This document shows positions 5,384-14,947 of a DNA stretch of 40,738 bases, in pieces. The position numbers and the translations under genes were made by a program. The notes below the pieces were generated by a model. That model was not told the DNA's origin. It saw only the letters and a list, made by a program, of their open reading frames with translations, and ran no database searches. Where the stretch lies: positions 1-40,738 of IMG/VR virus record IMGVR_UViG_3300012080_000003. One strand, given 5' to 3'. This stretch comes from a virus. The stretch's first letter is position 1, and each line of letters starts with the position of its first letter.

Positions 5384-5824
5384 TCAGACGTTGCCGGCGA
5401 CACGGGACAGGGCGGCCTGCTCGGACGCTTCCTTCTCCGACGTGGAGAGGGCGGCGTGCGCGGCCAGGATCTGATCCTTCGTCGAGACTTCGGGCCCTGC
5501 GACGTGCTCGCCGGCGCCAACAGCCTGAGCTGCGGCCGACGCACCAACCGGCTTCCACACACCGAAGTGAGACGCCACCGCGACCACGAACACGCCACCG
5601 AACGTCAGGAGTGCAGTCCACAGATCGAATGGCTGATTCGACTGCAGGGCCGCAGCCCACGACGTAGCCACAGAGGTGATCAGAGACGCGGCCGCGAGCA
5701 GTACCGCCTTCACCCCGGCCGAGGTGACTTTCGTGGTGATGAGTCCTACCAGCAGGGGAAGGAGGAACGAGATGAGGAAGGTGAGAGCGCCGAGCAGGTC
5801 GGGCTGGAAAAGGACGGGGGTCAT
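5384..5824 (-). CDS. Membrane protein, holin-like (about 4 hydrophobic segments)
   Basis: Hydrophobic stretches LGALTFLISFLLPLLVGLI, AVLLAAASLITSV and ALLTFGGVFVVAVA. ATGA overlap with the upstream gene. Lies in the lysis cassette. Confidence 0.65.
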   Translation of the reverse strand: MTPVLFQPDLLGALTFLISFLLPLLVGLITTKVTSAGVKAVLLAAASLITSVATSWAAALQSNQPFDLWTALLTFGGVFVVAVASHFGVWKPVGASAAAQAVGAGEHVAGPEVSTKDQILAAHAALSTSEKEASEQAALSRVAGNV

Positions 5825-6186
5825 TTCTGTTTCTCCTTGGTTCGACGGTCAATGAAGGTTTGAATCGTGATCGGCTTCCCCGCCCGCAGTGTGCGGATCA
5901 GGGTCCACACCAACTGCCAGATGGTGAAGAACAGGAGCCCGTAGATGAAGATGCGCACGAACTCGATGCCCGGATACCTGCCGGTGGCGAGGTGGATGGT
6001 GTTCATCAGGACCAGGAGAGCGAACGAGCCAACCCAATACATGAGTGCCCGGCCCGGACCCGTGAGACGCCAATTCGCGAAGGTCGCATAGATGGCCACG
6101 AACGCGATCGCCCCGAGAAAGGTCCCCGCCGCGAGCAGGTTCGGGACGAGGTCCAGCGGAGAGAACGGTTGAATGCTGTGGTTCAT
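5821..6186 (-). CDS. Membrane protein with about 4 TM segments, holin-like
   Basis: Four hydrophobic segments. ATGA overlaps on both sides. Confidence 0.65.
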   Translation of the reverse strand: MNHSIQPFSPLDLVPNLLAAGTFLGAIAFVAIYATFANWRLTGPGRALMYWVGSFALLVLMNTIHLATGRYPGIEFVRIFIYGLLFFTIWQLVWTLIRTLRAGKPITIQTFIDRRTKEKQK

Positions 6187-6395
6187 CGGCGCCCCTCCAT
6201 GGCCACCTCGAGCGCGCGCCCGAAGTTGTTGAGCTTTCGCCGCTCCTCGAGCGAGTTGACGCGTTGAATCACTTCGACTTCCTGCGAGTGAACTTTCCGG
6301 ATCGCCGCATGGGCGCGCTCCTGCGCGGCTCGAGCCTCAAGCACTTCCGGATCCATCTCCGTGTCGATCGCGGGACGCTTCCTAAACCACCGCAT
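6183..6395 (-). CDS. Small charged helical protein (70 aa) in the lysis cassette
   Basis: GGAGG lies 5 nt before ATG 6395, inside the 3' end of the upstream gene. The track ORF 6183..6521 was trimmed. Confidence 0.5.
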   Translation of the reverse strand: MRWFRKRPAIDTEMDPEVLEARAAQERAHAAIRKVHSQEVEVIQRVNSLEERRKLNNFGRALEVAMEGRR

Positions 6396-6708
6396 CGTGA
6401 CCTCCCGTGATTCGCGGGATGGTGCGTTCGTCCGGTTGCGGTGGCAGAAAGTCCTTGTAGAACTTGTCCGCGATCCGTACACCGGCGAGAAGGGCCGAGT
6501 TCTGCTCGAGCGCCACAGCACGGGCGTCTTCTGACCGGCCGTGTGCGGCTTTCCACTCGTCGGCGCGGGTGGTTGCGAGGGCCAATTCGCGCTCGTGAGA
6601 TGACTTGGTCACCAGTCGCCCAGTGGCGAGCATCCAGTACAGGAGCACGATCGCACCGATGAGAGCGCCTATCGGAGTCAGACTCCACAATCCGGGGAGC
6701 TCGGGCAT
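6382..6708 (-). CDS. Lysis-cassette protein with a single N-terminal TM segment
   Basis: N-terminal LTPIGALIGAIVLLYWML. GAGAGGGGG RBS present. Lies directly downstream of the endolysin. Confidence 0.6.
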   Translation of the reverse strand: MPELPGLWSLTPIGALIGAIVLLYWMLATGRLVTKSSHERELALATTRADEWKAAHGRSEDARAVALEQNSALLAGVRIADKFYKDFLPPQPDERTIPRITGGHDAVV

Positions 6709-6736
6709 CAGTTCCCCCTCTCAGGGATCGAGGGGG

Positions 6737-7450
6737 CTACTTGCGGTACGACGCGCCGCGGGCGTTGCACTCGTTCACAATCGTGGTCAGCTGGTCCGGG
6801 GTCATGTTCTTCACCACCGGCGCACCCCACGCCGCCATGTTCGTCAGGTACGAGAAATCAGTGGTGTTTCCCCACACCTTCGCGAACGATTCCCCGATCG
6901 TCACGATCGTGCCGTTCACGTTCCAGTTCTGAGGCATGTCGAATCCGCTTTCTGTCGGTTTGATGCTGTTACTCGTCAGGGAGACCGCGTTCCCACCCGC
7001 CGTAGACGTGAGAGCAACAGTCGGGTTCCCCCGGATCGCCCAATGCCACGACTCGGACGAGATCGTGTTCTTCAACCCCGCCTGACCGAAGTACTTCGCC
7101 CGCAGAGTCATGTCGAACACCGAAGGGGAATTGGTGTCCGTTGCAATGCCCTGCGTGTGCTCGGATGCCAAAGGCCCAAGCGCCGGGTTCGCTGCAGAAG
7201 GGGTCTCCCCGCGCAGGTAGCGACCCCACTGGAAGTACACGGTGGAGATACCAGAAGCGGTCTGTGATGCGTTCCTCACGAACTGGTCACCCGGCACCCC
7301 ATACGGGCGCCCAGCCTCGTTGAGGATGATCCGCCCACCATCCGCGCGGATCTTCCCGAACGCCCACTGGGTGCGGCGCAGAAGATCACTTCCCGGCTCG
7401 AACAGCCCACCCTCCCAGGTGACCAACCCTCGACCGTCGATGAGACTCAC
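6737..7450 (-). CDS. Endolysin: LAS-type zinc peptidase (M15 family) N-terminal domain plus C-terminal domain
   Basis: SEHTQGIATD (S-x-H-x2-G-x-A-x-D) and ESWHW motifs. Positioned after the tail genes and before the membrane proteins. Confidence 0.85.
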   Translation of the reverse strand: MSLIDGRGLVTWEGGLFEPGSDLLRRTQWAFGKIRADGGRIILNEAGRPYGVPGDQFVRNASQTASGISTVYFQWGRYLRGETPSAANPALGPLASEHTQGIATDTNSPSVFDMTLRAKYFGQAGLKNTISSESWHWAIRGNPTVALTSTAGGNAVSLTSNSIKPTESGFDMPQNWNVNGTIVTIGESFAKVWGNTTDFSYLTNMAAWGAPVVKNMTPDQLTTIVNECNARGASYRK

Positions 7451-7451
7451 A

Positions 7452-8087
7452 TCACACCTCCTGCACGGTCATCACGGCAGAGCGGATCGAGACTGAAGAT
7501 GCGGCAGACGCGTTCGCCTGGAACTTCCACGTGTGAGTCCCCACGCCCGGGGTGGACTCCGCCCGCACAACCCCATGCACACCAGCCGAGGCGCCGCCAG
7601 GGTTCGGGATGTCCAGCTGCCAGATGTCGTCCACCTGCGTTCCGTCACACACCACCCGCAAGCCCGCGGTACGCACACCACCCGAGTTCGGGTTGTACAC
7701 GTTCGCAGCGACATCGATCATGCAGATACCGCCGGTGCTGTCCGCGGTGACCGTGAGAATATCCATCCACGACGGGGAGGCCGCGGTGACAACTGTTGCG
7801 GTCGTCAGTCGTGCACGGCCCACACGCATGACCTGACGGCGCACCCACCCGCCGATGTACTCGAACACAGCGTTCAGGGACGAGTCGAACCAGCGCAGGC
7901 CAGTCCACACGGCCTTACCGGAACCGTTGGGAACCACGTTCGCGGTGCGCTGTGCCGTGGTGCCGACAATGTTGTTACCGACGACCGCGGCATACTCACC
8001 CGCCTGTTGCGGGTCGACGTCGACCTGTGGGGCACCGGACGCCGAGAACTGGGGATTGCCTTTGGTGCCATAGGTTTCAGCAGCCAT
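7452..8087 (-). CDS. Minor tail protein (211 aa), possible receptor-binding component
   Basis: AGGAGC RBS precedes ATG 8087. It is the last gene of the tail block. The track ORF 7452..8168 was trimmed. Confidence 0.65.
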   Translation of the reverse strand: MAAETYGTKGNPQFSASGAPQVDVDPQQAGEYAAVVGNNIVGTTAQRTANVVPNGSGKAVWTGLRWFDSSLNAVFEYIGGWVRRQVMRVGRARLTTATVVTAASPSWMDILTVTADSTGGICMIDVAANVYNPNSGGVRTAGLRVVCDGTQVDDIWQLDIPNPGGASAGVHGVVRAESTPGVGTHTWKFQANASAASSVSIRSAVMTVQEV

Positions 8088-8094
8088 GATGCTC

Positions 8095-8955
8095 CTATCG
8101 GGTTCCTTGGAAGCGCAGAGCGCCTGAGAGGGCGTCGGATTGGGTGCCGGACCACTGGTTGTCACCATTGCCGGATGTCACAGAAATGCCCCCACCAGAG
8201 GCGAGGGCACTGACGAAGCTGTTGGGCAGTTGCACCCACCCACCTCGAGGACTCAACGGGGTGCTGTTCGCGATCCCCACCCACCCCGCAGGGAGGTCGG
8301 CGTACCCGTGCGTGCCGATGTTGCACACACCCAACTGCTGCCTGAGGGGAAGGTATATCTCCACCTTCGCGACGGTGGCGCCGGCCAGTGCAGCAGCCAC
8401 ACGGCCGTTGTAAACCCATGCCCCCGACACGCTGTCGGATGCCCGCACATCATTCGCCTGCCACCGTGACCGGAACTGGCCCGAGTTGTAGGCGAGGACC
8501 GGGTCTGTCGGCAGAGGTGTGGGGCCACCGCCCGGGTTCGTGCCCGGGTCGGTGCCACCGTTGGAACCGTTGATCTTGCCCTGGATGACGCCGGTGGCCC
8601 AATTCACTTCGACCTGATCGCCGTTGGTTGGCGTGTACCCGGTGCGGTAGTAGAACGGGTACGTCTTCCCGCCGATGGTGACGGTCGCCTGAGGTGAACC
8701 GGTCCCGGAAATGGTGCCAATCGCGGGGAGAGACACAGCAGGACCGCTGACCTTCCACTGCCCGTCCAGACGCTCCATCTGAACCGACATTCCCGGCACG
8801 GGCGGATAGAACCCCACACACGGCACGTCGATCGTTGTCGGGCCCGTGTTCACCCGTGCCAGGTTCCCCACCATCGTCACGAACACAGCGGTCCGCCTCG
8901 AAACGTCGGGCACATCATTCAACCGGTCAGCGAGGATATCTGCTGCGGTCCTCAT
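8095..8955 (-). CDS. Minor tail protein (286 aa)
   Basis: Position in the tail block. TGATG junction with the upstream gene. Contains a Gly/Pro-rich linker. Confidence 0.7.
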   Translation of the reverse strand: MRTAADILADRLNDVPDVSRRTAVFVTMVGNLARVNTGPTTIDVPCVGFYPPVPGMSVQMERLDGQWKVSGPAVSLPAIGTISGTGSPQATVTIGGKTYPFYYRTGYTPTNGDQVEVNWATGVIQGKINGSNGGTDPGTNPGGGPTPLPTDPVLAYNSGQFRSRWQANDVRASDSVSGAWVYNGRVAAALAGATVAKVEIYLPLRQQLGVCNIGTHGYADLPAGWVGIANSTPLSPRGGWVQLPNSFVSALASGGGISVTSGNGDNQWSGTQSDALSGALRFQGTR

Positions 8956-10064
8956 CAGAACGTCCTCTGCACTTCGAGCGTCACTTCCATGACCGCATCA
9001 GGGGTCAACCGGGCGGTGATCATCCGGCCCTGCAAAGGTCGAGACCACTTCGCCAACGTCAGAACATCGCCCAGCTCGTACAGCGGGTTGGAGATGCACT
9101 TGATGGGAACCAAGTACGTTTGCCCACCGATCGACTGCGACAAGATCGCCTGCACGGCACTGTCCGCACCCGCCTGCGTTTGCACCAGCGGGGACGAGTA
9201 GTACCGGGTGTTCTCCCCGTACAGCCCCGTCGTTGCCAGCGGGCCGCTCTTCACCTCAGCAACCGCATAGATCGGGTTCCTGTCAGTGTCCTCGAACGTC
9301 CCGACCACACAGTTATAAACGGTGTCCGTGTCTACCTCGTAGCCGACATCCACAACAGTTCCCGTCTTCCCGAGACTCAGGGTTCCCACCGACGCACCGG
9401 GAACTTTCGGGACACCCACCCATGCACCGGACTGGTCGATCACCCCGACACAGCCGAGGTTGTCCCACAGGGTTTGCACCCCAGCGAGTCGTCCGCCCTG
9501 GTTGGTTTCGTACGTGATACCAGACGGGAGCGCAACGTCAGCGACCGTGTTGACGACCGTCATCCCTGTGATGCGTCGCAACTCTGCATACGTTGACGTC
9601 AGAGAGGGTGGCTGTTCCGGGGAACGGAACCCGCGCCGGCGCACAATCTCCTCAAGGCCACGCCACTCGATCTGCACCACCGAGGCGGTCACAAACCGGC
9701 CGAACGTGGTGGTCACGTGGTAGTCGACACCTGACGGGGCGCCAATCACCTTCGCCCACCCGATCGTGATCAGCTCGGTGAAATCACCAGCGGTGATCTC
9801 CATCGTCAACAGCAGCCGCGCCTTGAACGGAGACAGGACACCCTCAGTCCCGGTCGGGACCAGGGACTCACCAGAAACCGACTGGTATGCGATCGTCGCC
9901 CCGCCGGACATCTTCACATCCCGAGTCAGGTCGAACTCGATCTCCCAATCCGTCAACTCGAGACCCTGCATCACCCGGTCGGAACCATGGAACACATCCA
10001 CGATGAGCCGTTGACTATGCGAGTCGCGGAGGACGTTCTCCAACGCTGTCGTGTGTGCCCGCAT
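8955..10064 (-). CDS. Minor tail protein (369 aa), Tal-like position
   Basis: It is the second gene after the tape measure. TGATG junctions on both sides. Confidence 0.7.
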   Translation of the reverse strand: MRAHTTALENVLRDSHSQRLIVDVFHGSDRVMQGLELTDWEIEFDLTRDVKMSGGATIAYQSVSGESLVPTGTEGVLSPFKARLLLTMEITAGDFTELITIGWAKVIGAPSGVDYHVTTTFGRFVTASVVQIEWRGLEEIVRRRGFRSPEQPPSLTSTYAELRRITGMTVVNTVADVALPSGITYETNQGGRLAGVQTLWDNLGCVGVIDQSGAWVGVPKVPGASVGTLSLGKTGTVVDVGYEVDTDTVYNCVVGTFEDTDRNPIYAVAEVKSGPLATTGLYGENTRYYSSPLVQTQAGADSAVQAILSQSIGGQTYLVPIKCISNPLYELGDVLTLAKWSRPLQGRMITARLTPDAVMEVTLEVQRTF

Positions 10065-10900
10065 CAGGCCGTGCCCGCCTTCGCATAGTCACGGTTCGCC
10101 GCCAACCGGGTCAGGTAGTAGGCGTTGAACGCCGCCCGAGTCGTGAACGCCGCATTCAGGTCCGCACGCGTCAGCAGAGGAACCACGAGAGCCGGTGTCG
10201 GTGGGGACACTTCAGACCCCGTCATCCCGAAGGCGATCTTCTCCCCCGTACCGATGGCATAGTTCTGGTCCTGCTCCGACAGAGTCAGGATCCCGGCGAA
10301 GAATGGGCGCGGCAGGCGCACACGGTCAGCAGCACCAATGCGGAAGCAAACCACGGGGGTAGTCCTGGACCCATACGTACCGAACATGGCCTGCAGGGCG
10401 TCAGCCTGGACGATGGAATCAACGATCACGTCCAGGACCGCGTCCTGAATCCCGCGACGCTGACCACTCACCACAACGCCAACAATCCGGCCGTCCGGGT
10501 ACACGACCGACCCCTCAGTGGGGCGCTGCAGCTCTCGTGCCGCGTTCGCCCGGAAAGCAACCGTCGTCGCACCCTGCGGATCCAACGGGTTATGCACCCA
10601 CGTTTCCGCAACATCTACCTGCACCGAAGCCGTGTCCGTGAACCCGAGCGACAAACCACCCGAGTCGAACATCTCCGCCCGGTACTGCACCGGCACACCG
10701 AACGGGATCTCGAAATCGATCCGCGACAACGCACCAGCAACGACCGCTTTCACAGCACCACGAACCAGGTATTCCCGGTCCCCGGCCAGCCGGTACACGT
10801 CAACAGCGGTCGTGCCCGCGGCGAAGCTGCTGAACAGCACCTCCACACGCGGGCACGGCGCCGCATCAGTGGACACATTCAGGGTCGGTGCGTACGCCAA
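10064..10900 (-). CDS. Minor tail protein, distal-tail (Dit-like) position
   Basis: It is the first gene after the tape measure. The likely TTG start at 10900 is preceded by GGGG. The track ORF extends to 11008 inside the TMP gene, so the start is uncertain. Confidence 0.65.
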   Translation of the reverse strand: MAYAPTLNVSTDAAPCPRVEVLFSSFAAGTTAVDVYRLAGDREYLVRGAVKAVVAGALSRIDFEIPFGVPVQYRAEMFDSGGLSLGFTDTASVQVDVAETWVHNPLDPQGATTVAFRANAARELQRPTEGSVVYPDGRIVGVVVSGQRRGIQDAVLDVIVDSIVQADALQAMFGTYGSRTTPVVCFRIGAADRVRLPRPFFAGILTLSEQDQNYAIGTGEKIAFGMTGSEVSPPTPALVVPLLTRADLNAAFTTRAAFNAYYLTRLAANRDYAKAGTA

Positions 10901-10904
10901 TTCG

Positions 10905-13634
10905 TCACCCCATCCCGGTCCTGCGCGCCTGAGCACGCTCGTTCTGGTTGACGACGATCTGGGCTTCCCCGTTCGCCATCTCCCGCAGCATCCCGAACAG
11001 CTGCCCATCCATGTAGATCGGACGGTCCGACGTTTTCACCGTCACCGTGGGCGCCGACGCAAACGACGACGCCGGCACATAGGTCGGCTGGACGTGCCCT
11101 CCACTCGCATACCCCTGCACGCCACCAGAGTTGAGCGCGTGCAAAAGGCCCAGGTTGCGGGACGTCGCCGCAGCATTCACCACGAATTCGCCGTTCGAAA
11201 GCATCGCCGGTATGCGGTCCTCGCGCGGCCCACCGGGTCCGCGAATATATCCACCGTCCGCGTGACCGTCACCCAGCCCGAACCCAACATTCGGGTTCGT
11301 TGCGTTGACAATGATGTTCGCCACTCGCGTCTTGGTGACCTCAGCCAAACGTGCTGAGAAGTCATCCAGGGCTCTCTGCGCTTCCGCGGTATCGGTGAGG
11401 ACTTTAACCGCCTTCTGATCTGGGATCTGGTACACCCGATCAGCGATTGCCTTTGCTGCATCCGCGTTGCCGGTGAGAGCTGTGATGTTGTCTATCAGGG
11501 TCTGCCGACCGCTCTGAAGGCGCTGAATGTAGGCGTCCGTGTTGTGGTCCGCATCGAACTGAGCCTTGGCCGCATCCTGTGAGCGCGAAGCGAGGTCAGC
11601 GAACATCTGCATGTTGTCCGCGCCCGCACGAGTGTTCTCGTCCAGAGAGCTCGAGTACCCGTCCGCTCCATCCTTGACCTTCTGAATGGTGTCCTGCACC
11701 TTCGCCAACGCATCCTGATAAGAGGCGTTCGACGAGATCGCGTCTTGGCCGACGCCGTTGGCCTTGTTGATCTCGTCCACCAGCTGAGAAATCTGATCCG
11801 TCAGTTGCCCCGCGCTGGTTGCGGCATCCAAGTAGCTCTGCGACGCCGACTGCACACTCGAGGTCGCCTTGTCCGCAGCGTCAGCGGACTCTCCGATCGC
11901 CTCGTTGGTGTTGTCCAACTCCCGCTTGGCATCCTTCAAGGAGTTCGACGTCGCGCCGATACCAGACATGAGGACCGTCCAGGAGCCGATCTGGTTAGAT
12001 AGGTCGCTCGAGTCGCCCTTGCCGGCAGCGATCATCTCCTGCTTGGTCTTGTTGAACGCGTCCTGCTTCGTATTCAGCTCATCAAGGGCTTTCGCGTTGC
12101 CGAGTGAAGCGTCTGTGATCAACTTCAGGCTGATCCCGAGCTTGTTCGCCGCCTCGATCGAGCCATTGTCGTGAAGCTGTTTGGCTGCGGTCGCCCGAGT
12201 GTTCTTCGTGATCGCACCGGTGTTCTGATCAAGCGACGCCGTGAACTCGTCCGTACGGGCCTGAGCCTCAGCCTGCGCCGAAGCGACCGCAGCGACGATC
12301 GCCACGAGACCCGTGATGGCTAGACCTACCGCTCCACCTGCGATCCCCACCGTGCGCATTGAGGTCCCCAGCACGTCGAGGGCCGTGCGGAAGTTGGCGA
12401 GCATGGGGACCAGGCGGAGGGCCCCGCCACCAAGAAGACCCACGGCTGCCACAAGGGCAGTCACGCCGAGGATCGTCGCCTGGGCGGGCCCTGGCAGATC
12501 ACCGAAGGACTGCGCTAGAGCGGTGATTCCCTGAACCGTCCCTCGGAGGATGTCATTCGCAGTCGACCCGGTCTTGATCAAGGCCGTGTCAAGAGCGGCA
12601 CCGAGCTTGGAGACATCACCGTTGAGGTTGTCCATCTTCCCGCGCGCCTGCTCGGCCGCGAAGCCGGTGTCGTTGACGCTGTTGATCCACCCCTGGATCC
12701 CCTTCGCACCCTCTTTGTAGAGCACGTTCGCGGTACGGATTGCATCGGAGCCGAAGATGATCGACAGGGCAGAGTCACGCTGCGCCTGAGACACACCGCC
12801 CAGGTTCTTCTGCAGCTGACCGGCGAGGTTCGTGATGCCGACGAAATTGCCCTGAGCGTCGTACGCCTGAATGTTGTACTGCTTCATCGTGTCCGCCGCC
12901 TTCTGCGACGGCGACGCCAGAGACAGCAGCATCTGCTTGAACGACGTACCAGCGTCAGAACCGAGAAGACCCGCGTTCGCGAACGCTGACAGGGTGCCCA
13001 CCGTGTCATCGACCGTGAGGCCGAACTGCGCGGCGACAAGACCGCCCTGGTTCAGGGCCTGACCGAGCTGATCCACTCCTCCGAGTGCCTTATCGGCACC
13101 GGCGGCGAGAAGGTCCGCGACATGAGGGACGTCCTTGCCCTGCAGCTTGAACTGAGTCAAAGCAACAGCGGCGATCTCAGTCGCCTGGGCAACATTGATC
13201 TGGCCCGCCGCGGCGAGATTCAACGCACCGGTGAGGGCGCCGCCAAGCATGTCTTTCACCGACACGCCCGCCTTGACGAGCTCCGTCTCCGCATCAGCAA
13301 CCTGCGTCGCTGAGAACCCGATCGCCTGCCCCATGTTCAACGACGCGTCACGGAGCTGGTTCATCTCGTCAGCGGTCGCGTGCGAAAGCGTCTGAACCTG
13401 CGACATCTGCGCATCCCAGTCAGCGAACTTCTTGACCGCAATCGCGACACCAGCCGCAGCCACCGCACCCATCGCGAGCGCCGCAGTGCCGATCTGCTGA
13501 AATGCTTCCTTCTTCTGCGCGAGCTTTTCAGCCTCTTTGCCGGTGTCCTGGGTGGCCTTGGATGCCTTCTCCATCCCCTGGATGTAGCCCTGCACCTGAG
13601 CAACCAGCGACACCTTTACTGTGCGGTCGGTCAT
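10905..13634 (-). CDS. Tape measure protein (909 aa)
   Basis: It is the longest gene, Ala/Gly-rich and helical with internal TM-like segments. It follows the frameshifted chaperones. GGGAGG RBS present. Confidence 0.9.
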   Translation of the reverse strand: MTDRTVKVSLVAQVQGYIQGMEKASKATQDTGKEAEKLAQKKEAFQQIGTAALAMGAVAAAGVAIAVKKFADWDAQMSQVQTLSHATADEMNQLRDASLNMGQAIGFSATQVADAETELVKAGVSVKDMLGGALTGALNLAAAGQINVAQATEIAAVALTQFKLQGKDVPHVADLLAAGADKALGGVDQLGQALNQGGLVAAQFGLTVDDTVGTLSAFANAGLLGSDAGTSFKQMLLSLASPSQKAADTMKQYNIQAYDAQGNFVGITNLAGQLQKNLGGVSQAQRDSALSIIFGSDAIRTANVLYKEGAKGIQGWINSVNDTGFAAEQARGKMDNLNGDVSKLGAALDTALIKTGSTANDILRGTVQGITALAQSFGDLPGPAQATILGVTALVAAVGLLGGGALRLVPMLANFRTALDVLGTSMRTVGIAGGAVGLAITGLVAIVAAVASAQAEAQARTDEFTASLDQNTGAITKNTRATAAKQLHDNGSIEAANKLGISLKLITDASLGNAKALDELNTKQDAFNKTKQEMIAAGKGDSSDLSNQIGSWTVLMSGIGATSNSLKDAKRELDNTNEAIGESADAADKATSSVQSASQSYLDAATSAGQLTDQISQLVDEINKANGVGQDAISSNASYQDALAKVQDTIQKVKDGADGYSSSLDENTRAGADNMQMFADLASRSQDAAKAQFDADHNTDAYIQRLQSGRQTLIDNITALTGNADAAKAIADRVYQIPDQKAVKVLTDTAEAQRALDDFSARLAEVTKTRVANIIVNATNPNVGFGLGDGHADGGYIRGPGGPREDRIPAMLSNGEFVVNAAATSRNLGLLHALNSGGVQGYASGGHVQPTYVPASSFASAPTVTVKTSDRPIYMDGQLFGMLREMANGEAQIVVNQNERAQARRTGMG

Positions 13635-13676
13635 TTTGGCCTCCCGTCAGGGCTTGTGGAGTTGTAAGGTCAGCGC

Positions 13677-13916
13677 ATGGCGTTGTTCGATCACGAGTTC
13701 GCGACCTCGAAGCAGCAGAAACCGCGTTCGGCCGCATGGCCGAAATGCCTAGGAACGGCGTGCGCTGTCGCACTGCTGGCGTTCCTCGTCCTCGGTATCG
13801 GCGTGATGGCATCCGCATCCCTCGCCACTGCCATCGGGCTTGTGGGGATATGCCTCGCCGCGGTGATCGCGTGCGCCGGCGGATACGTGTACTTCTTCTA
13901 CGAGCGCGACGAATAG
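13677..13916 (+). CDS. Reverse-oriented small membrane protein (79 aa, 2 predicted TM) inserted between chaperone and tape measure genes
   Basis: GC3 is about 80 percent. Hydrophobic stretches ACAVALLAFLVLGIGVMA and GLVGICLAAVIACAGGYVYFF. TAAGGT (13665-13670) lies 6 nt before ATG 13677, suggesting a leaderless transcript. Confidence 0.65.
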   Translation: MALFDHEFATSKQQKPRSAAWPKCLGTACAVALLAFLVLGIGVMASASLATAIGLVGICLAAVIACAGGYVYFFYERDE

Positions 13917-14866
13917 CTACTCGTACGTCTTTCGCTCAACCCAGAAGACTGCACCCCGAGGCAGCTCGTCTTTGTTCTGCTCCTTGTAGAGCTCGACCGC
14001 CGCTTCTGCCTGGTTGACCCGCTCATGGGCGATGTACCGGATAGCGTCAGGCTCGTTGTAGTTCGGATCGGCTTGCGGCGACATCGCATCGGCCAGCGAT
14101 TCTCCGTATCGTCCCGTATCACGTCGCACAGCCTGCAGCGCTAGGAGCTGGTTGACGTCGTCCTCGTCGAACTCGGGCTCACGCTGCTCCACGGCCCGTA
14201 GGAGTCGGCCATCCGCGTCGTAGGTGTACTCGGTGACGGTCACCGGTTCCCACTGCAGCAGGCGCCGCGGAGAGACACCGAGCTCGAGTGCTAGTTCGAG
14301 CCGGTCTCGATGCCGGCTGATGCTTTTTTTGCTTCAGCCAGTGCCTGTGCGGGACCCCATTCGTTCAGGTTCCATACCGCGTCGCGAATCGCCGAGGCAT
14401 CGTGGCCTGACAACATCCCGAACACGTCATCCCACTGCTCACCTGTCAGCACTACAGGCTTGCCGTCGTCGACCTGCCAGGCGAAAGAGTGCCCGCCACG
14501 TTCAGCCTTCGCAGCTTTCTGCACGACCGCGTCAAGGTTGTACCCATAGGAGAGGTCGATGATCGAGTCTGGGCGCACAGGATTCGTGGCGGTGAGATAG
14601 TTCCAGAAGTCCCCGGGCAGACGCTCGAACTCGAACGTGACCAGCTGAGCAACGCTCGCAACCCGCAGCGCCTTGATTCGTTCCTGTAGTTCAGCAGAGC
14701 CGTCAGGGAGCCCGAGCCGCTGGTCAGGGTTCGACGCAATCGCATCTACCTCTGCCTCGAGCTGTGCGATCTGGTCGGCAGTGTCATCATCTAGAAGCAC
14801 CTGAACGGTGGCCGTCTTCGGCTTCGCGTTCTTCCGTGCCGCCAGGATCTCCTCAATCGAGGGCAT
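13917..14866 (-). CDS. Tail assembly chaperone, -1 frameshift fusion product (G-T-like)
   Basis: After a slip on A_AAA_AAA, the -1 frame reads SISRHRDRLELALELGVSPRRLLQWEPVTVTEYTYDADG with no stop. It joins track ORF 13917..14243. Confidence 0.7.
14291..14866 (-). CDS. Tail assembly chaperone (G-like, zero-frame product)
   Basis: Located between the major tail protein and the tape measure. Ends just after an A7 slippery run. Confidence 0.8.
   Translation of the reverse strand: MPSIEEILAARKNAKPKTATVQVLLDDDTADQIAQLEAEVDAIASNPDQRLGLPDGSAELQERIKALRVASVAQLVTFEFERLPGDFWNYLTATNPVRPDSIIDLSYGYNLDAVVQKAAKAERGGHSFAWQVDDGKPVVLTGEQWDDVFGMLSGHDASAIRDAVWNLNEWGPAQALAEAKKASAGIETGSN
14324..14330 (-). other. 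Programmed -1 ribosomal frameshift slippery heptamer A_AAA_AAA
   Basis: The plus strand shows ttttttt at 14324-14330. On the minus strand the zero frame is GCA AAA AAA GCA, about 12 codons before the G stop. Confidence 0.7.
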
Positions 14867-14904
14867 AGCAAAGTCCTTCCACCGATTCCACCGATAAGAG
14901 ATGA

Positions 14905-14940
14905 GCTGGGCGGGATGATCGGTGGGGCATCCCGCCCAGC
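14905..14940. terminator. Perfect 13-bp hairpin between major tail protein and chaperone genes (attenuator or RNA-stability element)
   Basis: gctgggcgggatg(14905-14917) pairs with catcccgcccagc(14928-14940) around a 10-nt loop. Confidence 0.55.
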
Positions 14941-14947
14941 AGTCAGA

